DNA from: Neophaeotheca triangularis
Lineage: Eukaryota
DNA: 64,000 nucleotides
Direction of reading: 5' to 3'
Assembly: GCA_054600435.1 (NCBI GenBank)
Contig: BAAIJX010000028.1
Coordinates: forward strand, 186,001-250,000
The translations under genes and the position numbers were made by a program. Position 1 is the stretch's first letter. Each line of letters starts with the position of its first letter. The notes under the pieces were generated by a model, which saw only the letters and a program-made list of their open reading frames with translations, was not told where the DNA came from and did not search any database. Below are positions 55,942 through 64,000 of this stretch, one piece after another.

Positions 55942-57456
55942 TACCAGTTTTGCGGGGCAGGTAGCTGAGGCATGAGTGAGGGTTCTGGTCGAAGCTGGCT
56001 GTTACGGCGGTTGACTTGTTTGGGGTACGGGACGTTATATACGATGCCCGGCCGGTGGCTGGTGTGAAGACACTGGTTTGCACCGGGCGGGCATTTTCTT
56101 TTCGCGTTGGTGGAAAGGCTTGCTTGCGGGTTTTAGCGTGGAGTTTATGTTTTTGTTGTTGCTAGGAGGCTACGGTTGTGGATGATGGACTTAATTGAGG
56201 GAGGTTGCTGGGGTGTCATTGTATACGGTTGTAAGCATCTGATTGGCTTAGGGCATAGGTGGGTGGTCTGGTGTGTAGGTCGATCACGTAGCTGTATAGG
56301 GCTAGAACCACGATGCTCGGTCTATTCGTTTGCCCTACCTAGCTGGAAGTGCAAGGTGAGTTGAGACATAAATCGGAAGAAACTGCGCCCTTGTTCGACG
56401 AGGTGAAGTCGGAGCTGGGCGCTTACATGCAGGTACCCGCGCGAGAGGTGAGACAAGGGACAAACTCGACGAGAAGATCAAAACACCTGCAAAACGTCCC
56501 GTACGACAACGGGACCTCGCGCTCGAGGAAGAGGGCCAGTACCGCCATCACTATCGTCATCACCGCGCCCACCTCCCGACAGGCAATCCAGCCGACGCCA
56601 CAATCTCCCACCATCATTCCATCCTCGACAACATCAAAACAACCACCCCAGCCCAGCCGAGGCCGCAATCTCCAATCCACGCCGCAATGAACCCAATTCC
56701 CGCCTCTACATCCAATAGGTAAAACCGATTGATCGGTCGCGTGGTCGCACCGGCGACAATGGCAGATGGTGAAATGAGATGACACAACAATGGCTTCGTG
56801 GCACGTTGTGTGAGAGCCGGTTTGGCCAGGGGATCGTTATTATATGTAAGCGCGACAGGGTGCGCTTGGTTCTGCGCTGGCTTTTTGGTTCGACGTTGAG
56901 GTTCCCGATTGACACCTGAGACGATTGCGACAAGACTGGGTGTTTCTTTTCTGAACGACGACGGTTGCTTTTATCGATGTGACAGTAGTGTTGACGCTTC
57001 TTGGACACGACTGATGCACCACTGTCTTTACCTGCTCGACGTTTACCTGGTTCGACTTTCATCTGCTTTGGCTTGAAATCGCGGCTCCGAAAAGCGTTTC
57101 CACTTGACACTCGTTTATTCCAGGCCATTATCTGTCTCGGACGAGCGCATGACGTTTCAAACACACACCGGAACTTCGTCAAAAGTGCTTACTGATTCGA
57201 TCGCTGTCACTTCGAAAGAATCTCTCTTGGTCTTGATCGACTAGAAAGAAGCTACCAATCTCGTTTGCTGGACATTTTCTGATTTGCTTCGCTGGAATCA
57301 GCAGCATCGCCAGGACTCAACCGACGTCAAAGACACATAACTTAGCGCCACATACCACAACTCCCCTGGCCCGTCATCGCGCATACCAAAACCGCCACAT
57401 TCCACTCGAAAGCTCCAGAACAACTCCTGCATTCTACTCCAAAGAGAACCGATCCA

Positions 57457-57891
57457 ATGCGCCGACCAACCACGATCCTAGCGGCAGCAGCCGCCCTCCT
57501 CCTCACCCCGACCCTCGCCTCCGAAGACTTCACCAGCTACCTCAAAACCTTCACCACGACCCTTACAGTCTCGCGCGTAGTCGAGACCACCACGGCAACA
57601 AGACCGCACATTACTTCCGCCCGCGTCAAAGCCCTGGAAGAGGCAACCGTTGCCGCAGTCAGCGTTAGCGAGAGCTTGAATGGGACTGCTGGGGCTATGC
57701 CGACCGGGGGTTTGTCGTTGAACGCGACTGAGAGTATTTCTTCGTCCGCAACGGCGGTGGTGACTAGTGCTACTACGACGATTGGGGAGGAGAGAGGGGA
57801 GGAGACTGGGGCTGCGGGAAGGGTGCAAGGGGAGGGTGGGGTGTGGGTTTGGGGGTTGGGGGTGGGTGTCCTGGGGGCGTTGATGGTTTGA
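57457..57891 (+). CDS. Small Ser/Thr-rich putative GPI-anchored surface protein
   Basis: Signal peptide MRRPTTILAAAAALLLTPTLA, S/T-rich body, TGAAG omega-like site followed by hydrophobic C-terminus. Confidence 0.75.
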   Translation: MRRPTTILAAAAALLLTPTLASEDFTSYLKTFTTTLTVSRVVETTTATRPHITSARVKALEEATVAAVSVSESLNGTAGAMPTGGLSLNATESISSSATAVVTSATTTIGEERGEETGAAGRVQGEGGVWVWGLGVGVLGALMV

Positions 57892-58348
57892 TTGTTCATC
57901 GAACCCATGCTAGGGTTTTGCTTGATGGCTTTTGACGTTTTGATGCGCTTGATGAGGCAGACGGTTGATGAGCTGGTTGTCGATGAGGACGATATTCGAT
58001 GTTCTTAATTTGCGAGATACCCTTTTATTGATTTAGCTTGTTTTCAACCTGCCTGTCCAGTCCTAGGTAGATTGCAAAGACTTCGTTTCTCAAACATAGG
58101 TAGACATGTAAGATGAGGTGTGGTCACGTTTGACAAGCATCTATGGAGCAGGTGGGAACGATCAGGGCACGAGTCATGCGATAAGCCAGTAGTGACGTAC
58201 CTTCCCATACCGTCGACTACAATTCGGGCAGCTGTACTGCAAACATCCAGTCACCCCTTTCGCGCTACAATAACGGCCTCGAATCTACTCCCGACCAGCT
58301 CGCTGCTTTTAGTCGTCCCCTTGCGCGAACCTCAAGAAACAAGCCAAC

Positions 58349-59412
58349 ATGGTCGGCCACCAAAGAGTCAAAGACATCGACTACGACGACGACGACCTGT
58401 ACGACGAAGAGGAGGAAACATACGGCGAGGAAGAAGCAACTTACACGGCCGAAGATCGCGACAATTTCAATACTTTGACTCCCGTGGTACGAGCCGAGCT
58501 CGAGGAAGCCGGATTGCAGGCCTCGGACCGGGAGATCCAGGATTCGCTGTGGCATTATTACTGGGATGTTGCGAAGAGTGTAAGCTACTTGAAGAATACC
58601 AAGAAACCCAAGCAGCAGCAGCAGTCGGCTGGGAAGAAAGAGAAGGCGCCGAATCGGTTCGATCAGGCGGCTGAGGCGAGTAAGAAGGTGGACCATGCCG
58701 GTGAGTTTGGATTTCACTATTCGTTATTTCTGGTCGGCAAGGGCCCGGAGGTGGTAGCGTTGGCATATGAGGTGTATCATGTCGAAGAGGTGGGCAAGCC
58801 CCTGTAAATTGCTTAATGGTGTGATTTGCTGACTTGTAAATTGCAGAGAGGATGCGCATCGCTCAGAGTTGGTTCTGTGGTATTAGTTGGAGCCACGTAC
58901 CATCGGAGAGTCAGGGACGGCTTGAGCCTCCTGCTACAAACAAAAGGCCTCCGCCGACACTTCTTGGTGGATCTTCCAAACTTGCAAAGCTTGCAGAGGA
59001 GAGGAGAAGGAAGGCCGCCGGTGATCAACCCGCAGCAGCTACTTCGGATGGTGCTTTCAGTTCGCTGGACCGGCTTAGCAAGGGCGAAAAGAGCAAGGAG
59101 AACGAGACGCCAGCCGATCGACCCGCAGTGAAGAAGTACCCGATAAGAAAAAAGAAGGAGCCGACTCCACCTCCAAGGGAACCAACGCCACCTCCTGAAC
59201 CACCCAAAGAAGAGGTACCCGACCTAAGAGCTTCCCCCACGGATTTTGGTCGCACTCTTTCTCGCGGCTCTGGTAGCAATGCTACCGAACCAAGAGTCTC
59301 TTTGCAAGACGTCGTCGGCTCAATGGCCGCAGCGGACGAAGCGTTCAAAGAGCCTTCACCCGACGATGTAGTAGCTAGAGCACAAAGCGGTAGCAAAGGC
59401 TTAGCCAAATGA
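58349..59412 (+). CDS. SKI7: Ski7-like short isoform of the HBS1 locus (proximal 3' splice site)
   Basis: Exon 1 (58349-58700) joined to acceptor 58846 gives a 305-aa GTPase-less product containing [16 protein letters not shown] and terminal [14 protein letters not shown]. Confidence 0.75.
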
Positions 59413-60881
59413 TGAAACTAACAGCAAGTGTCTTTAAACATAGGCAGCGAAAAGTCAAAGCAGCAAGCAGACGGCTTGGCCAAGAAGACGGAAGCTCTTA
59501 AATTGGACTCTGCGCCGTCCCCACAACCTCAACCAAAAGTCCGTAGCAAAGGCTTAAACGTACCAATGAAGTGGGAAGAACAACGAGCTTCACGCAAGCA
59601 ATCCGCTGCTTTCGTGGTGATTGGGCACGTGGATCACGGGAAGAGCACGCTCATGGGACGGTTATTACTGGATACTGGAGCAGTCGCGCAAAGGGATATC
59701 GATAGGTATGGGATAAAGTAAATGTTATGGGCGAGATCTTGCTAATGTCATGCAGGTTCAAGAAGCAGGCTGCAGACATTGGCAAATCATCATTTGCACT
59801 TGCTTGGGTTATGGACACTGGTTCCGAAGAGAGAGAACGCGGTGTCACAGTCGATATCGCGCAACATAATTTCAGCACCGACAAGGCCGACTTCACGATT
59901 CTGGACGCTCCAGGCCACAGGGACTTTGTCCCTAACATGATTGGCGGAGCTTCCATGGCCAACCTGGCAGTCTTGGTGGTCGATGCGAATCAGCTCGAAT
60001 CTGGCATGAAGGGACAAACAAGAGAGCACATTAGGCTCGCTCAAGCTGTGGGGCTGAAGAAGATCGTTGTTGCCGTCAACAAACTCGACACCACCAACCC
60101 ACCTTGGAACCAAGACACTTTCCAGACCGTTAAAACCGAAGTCTCCAAATTCTTGAGCGAAATCGGCTTCCCCGAAAGCGATGTTACATTCGTGCCATGC
60201 AGCGGTCTCGGTGGCGAGAACGTGGCAAAGCCCGCCTCCGTCGACTGGGTCAGCACTCAACAGACTCTCCTCCAACAGCTCGAGCAATCATTGGCCCCAG
60301 AGCCTACCGAAGCGCTTCTGAAACGTCCCTTTCGCCTTCAAATCACTGACGTCTTTCGCGGCGGTGTGCAAAACCCGCTCTCAATCTCCGGTCTCATCAG
60401 CGCCGGTACTACCCAGACCGGCGACGTTTTCACGGTTCAACCTAGCGGTGAAACTGCCACCATCAAAGCCATCGAAGTCTCAAACGAGAGCCGGGAATGG
60501 GCTGTCGCGGGGGAGATCTGCACTCTTCATCTCGCGGAAATCGAAGCGCAGCATCTACGTTCAGGAGATATGCTCTGCAGTTCCACGCAGCCAGTGTCCG
60601 TCGTCAAAACCCTCACGACCAGGGTGCAAGCGATTGATGCGCTGTTACCTCAGGGCGTGGACGTGCACATTGGGCGTTTGCACGTGCCGGGGAGTGTGGC
60701 GCAGCTTGTTGCTACTGTTGACGGGAAGGGAGAGATTTTGAAGAAGAAGCCAAGGGTGGTGAAAGCGGGGATGACGGCCGTGATCAAGGTTTCCTTGGAG
60801 GAGGGTGCGCCAGTTGAGGTTGGGGATAGGGTTGTTCTGCGTTCGGGTGGGACTACGGTGGCGGCTGGAGTGGTTGAATAG
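58349..60881 (+). CDS. HBS1: Hbs1 translational GTPase (ribosome rescue with Dom34)
   Basis: Exons 58349-58700, 59444-59705, 59756-60881 (579 aa). HBS1 N-domain [49 protein letters not shown]. Confidence 0.93.
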
Positions 60882-62766
60882 ATAGAAGCAGAATGCCAGA
60901 GTCTGATCGCTCGGCTTTAGCCCCTTCGCTTTGATAGTCGGAGGTTTGCACGAACGATGTGAATGAAAAGCATGAAATTTTACCCCTGAGCTCATTCACC
61001 AGAGGCTTACATAAGCAAGGTTTGCTTCACCCTTACCTACCTCCTTGCTCGCACCCTAGACCTCGAGATTCTCTCTACTTTTCTTGATTTTGCAACTTAT
61101 TGTCGCTCTCTATTCAGTACCGGCTCTACGACTTGTGGCCAGTCATGGCGGGAGTGGACCAGCTCTACTTCCTCCTCAAGCCAATCACGACCTCCACCGC
61201 CCTCAACATGTTCCTAATCTCGACATCTTGCTATGGATACCACAGTCAAACTAGATACTCTTAGGCCTTTTCACTCTCGAATTTTGGACCGCAATCGAGG
61301 AATTGGTTTATGGAAACTTCACACACCCATACCAAGCCGAAAGCCCTCTTCTCTCCACCAGCCAACACCCTCAGGTTCTTTTACAACTGCAGACATTTTC
61401 TACAACTGCCGACAATTTCACTCGATATGGAACACGCTCCTCAATTAGTGAAAGTGGAAGTCAATTGCAAGTACCTGCGCCTGTTCCATCCACTCTCCCT
61501 TACTCCCGAGATGATGATTTCTGCATAGTCAACATGCATTTCGACCCCTAAGCACTTCGACCTCAAGCTGCATCTCAGAAGGAGTCCATTCAACCCACAA
61601 TACCAGTTTCAACCCTGGAAAGAAGATTCTTGAGAACGAAGCAAGACGCGTCAACCCCAGAGACTGCGCTTCGTGTTGAGATAGAAAATCGTTCTGACAC
61701 TGCTCTATCGGCCTTTCGCTTACTTTCCTCGAGTCCTTGATGATTAGCCACACTAGTAAGTCGGTACTTTCCTGGAAAAATTGACGACACAACTTTGGTT
61801 GCACGACCCTTCACTCGATCTATCCACCCTACAGAGAAAACAGAGCCTTCCATGGCCTCTACAGCGCCTGCCAACTCCTACAATCGACAAGGAGCCTGGC
61901 CTCAGGGCTTGGGCTGCTGCAACATGCCTTGCTTTTGAACAACACTGCTTATTAGAAGCAACACCCTTGAAGGAGCTTCCGACTTTAGAGCTAGTGCCAT
62001 CCATGGATTCCTTTCAACCACCTTCCACTCGATCGACGTGAATACCCCATATCTTTGCCCAGTGGCAGATTCAGACAGACATGCGTTCTGGCCCCCTTGG
62101 AACTGATCCTCTCCATCTCCTCGCAATGATGAATCATATTCAACCCCATCTGAAGGCACAATGATGGAACACCCAATTGTCATTCACAATTCCTGGGATA
62201 CTGCTTGAGATTTATGCCTTCGAATACCATTAGACTTGAGCGCGAACGTTTCACTGACATCGCCTATACGACGCAGAAGGGGCAAGAGTGACTCGACCTG
62301 ACCCGTTAGTCTTCGCCAGGACTTGTCCGTCGCTGGCCATGGCTCGAGATGTCGTTTGTGTTTGACTTCCCTTCAACATCTAGCCCAATCGATTTGTTTC
62401 ATGAAATCTATACCCCCATGCGACTCTCATGCGGTACGTATAGGTCACTCGAAATGCTCCATCTCCTCGCAAGGATGATACACCAAATTGTTTCAATCCC
62501 ATCTGAAGGAACAAAGATGGACGAAAACAAATCTTCATTCGTATCCCTGAAAGCCGCGCTCCAATCTCCGTCCAAAAGAGATCGTTAAAAACTCATCACC
62601 AGCACATCCGCTGACGCCGCTTCTCCACTAGAACAACGGCGAATCCGACAAACAACTCAGAAGACGAGCCAAACCAAGATCGAACAACCTCCCTCAACCT
62701 CACAATCCTCGAAAAAGAAAACAGAGACTCTCAACCACCCTCCCCACCGTCCTTAATCTTATAGCA

Positions 62767-63300
62767 TCACCCACCCCCCTCCCCCCCAATCACCCTGCCC
62801 TCAAAAACCAAAACACCCCACACCCTCTCCAACCCCCTAACCTCTTTCTCCCCCAGCACAGCGCCCCTCCCCCTCACCAACTCCTTCAAAAACTCCGCCG
62901 CCTCGTCCAAAGCCCTCTTCCTCTCACCCAAACTCTTCCGCTCACGGCCAACAGACCCCCCCAAAACCCCATCTTCCCTCTTCCCCGGCTCGACAAGTTT
63001 CCGCTTCCCGCGACCAAGCTGAGGCAGCTGGGCTCCACGCCTCCCTCTACCCTTCGTGTCTTGCCGTTGCTGCCGCTGCTGCTGCTGCGGATCCCGCTCT
63101 CGCGGCTTTTCTCCTCCACCACCACTACCACCACCACCACCACCGCCCGCTGCCGGAAGACTCGGGGCCATCGGAGCGGGTCTCCGGCCTGTTCCTGTCG
63201 TGGGAGGCTTGGCACCCGGCCGAGGCGAGAGCGGGTGCGGGTGTGGGTGCGGGCCCCAGTACTCGAGGACGCGGTGGCGGCGGTAGGTGTAGGTTGACAT
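62767..63300 (-). CDS. Hypothetical low-complexity protein (177 aa)
   Basis: ATG-initiated ORF with Gly and Gln tracts, showing the same C-rich 5'/G-rich 3' gradient as recognised genes in this window; no family recognised. Confidence 0.4.
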   Translation of the reverse strand: MSTYTYRRHRVLEYWGPHPHPHPLSPRPGAKPPTTGTGRRPAPMAPSLPAAGGGGGGGSGGGGEKPRERDPQQQQRQQRQDTKGRGRRGAQLPQLGRGKRKLVEPGKREDGVLGGSVGRERKSLGERKRALDEAAEFLKELVRGRGAVLGEKEVRGLERVWGVLVFEGRVIGGEGGG

Positions 63301-64000
63301 TTGCGTTGTCCGTCGCGGCGTGGTGTTGGCTTTTTAAGATTGAAGAGGTCGGGGGATGCCGTGGGAATGAGAGATGCGAGTTTTGAGGGGTTGGCAGATA
63401 CGAGCTGGAGTTTGGGCGGACGTCGATGGGCTTTGGGCGAGTTAGGGGGGGAGCAGGGTGAGTGAGGTGTTGTGCGCAGCCAGTCCACCGCCGTGGGGAG
63501 AGCTGGTCGGAAACCGGTTTACCGCGTGCTACGCGACTTTACCACTAGCTGAAGTGAGGTAGGTAGCTAGTCCACAGCAGTCTTGTGCTTGAGAAACGCA
63601 ATCCAAAGTTGCTAGCTCATCACTCATCAAGCAGACCACCATTTCCGCCCTACCTCGCTCGTGATATCCAACACTGTTCGGAACGCCGCGGACATAGATT
63701 AAAGCATTGAAAAGAGAAAAGGGAAAGCGTAGAGAGGCGAGACTGCCCGTTTAGCAGAGATTGGATAAAAGTGGACGGTATCGCGTACCTGTCTATCGTT
63801 CAGCGGCAACGACCGGTTCCCGCCTTTCTCACCTCGAACTCAAGCTCAACCACAAGCTGCCCAGGACGCCAGATGCAAACCCCTCGCAACACAATTCACT
63901 TCGCCACCCTTGCTGTCAAAACAGCCAGACCGTCTCCACATAACCAAGCGTGGAACTCAAAACTTAGATGAAAAACAGCCAAAGCAAAGCAAAGGGTATA

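Noticed and set aside
56840..57300. TPP riboswitch, tRNA or snoRNA upstream of the small GPI gene (GGGTGC...CTGAGA; GGTTCGA motifs)
   Set aside because: The 3' half of the TPP aptamer is absent, the GGTTCGA hits lack T-stem and acceptor pairing, and there is no proper box C/D pair.
1..60881. Antiviral gene cluster (Mx-like dynamin, QIP-like nuclease, Ski7)
   Set aside because: The genes are tens of kb apart and interspersed with unrelated housekeeping genes; no evidence of clustering.
61140..62600. Series of short plus-strand ORF fragments after HBS1
   Set aside because: Frequent stops in all frames and no recognisable domain; may be a relic but I cannot support a call.

Overview
Gene-dense window from an intron-containing filamentous ascomycete genome (Pezizomycotina; Dothideomycete-like by inference). 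About 22 protein-coding loci can be reconstructed from splice signals. They include a dynamin-like GTPase (cut by the left edge), GMPPA-type mannose-1-phosphate guanylyltransferase, cytosolic LysRS, a PNPOx/FAD oxidoreductase, a SIS-domain protein, a probable REC114, RSC9, a Gfd2/QIP-like DEDD nuclease, an SDR, two MFS transporters, IND1, TAPT1/EMP65 and a RING-H2 protein. Further on are a DUF6594-like pseudogene, a PTH11-like receptor, an 8-exon Thr-rich secreted protein, GPI16, LUC7, an ankyrin-RCC1-BTB protein, a Tco89-like protein, a small GPI protein and HBS1 (with a Ski7-like alternative isoform). No tRNA, rRNA, CRISPR or intact transposon was seen. The most striking observation is in the LUC7 leader: an exact copy of the U1 snRNA 5' end (ATACTTACCT) sits 30 nt upstream of a 5'UTR-intron donor (GTAAGTAT) that it can base-pair with, probably as a pseudoknot. 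The intron carries an upstream AUG that opens an out-of-frame ORF across the LUC7 start, which suggests an autoregulatory splicing switch. Other leads: paired Gcn4/CpcA sites plus an in-frame ATG inside the LysRS intron, a GC-AG intron in REC114, an intron bounded by an 8-bp direct repeat, and all-phase-1 modular exons in the secreted protein. All family calls come from motif recognition, not database searches.
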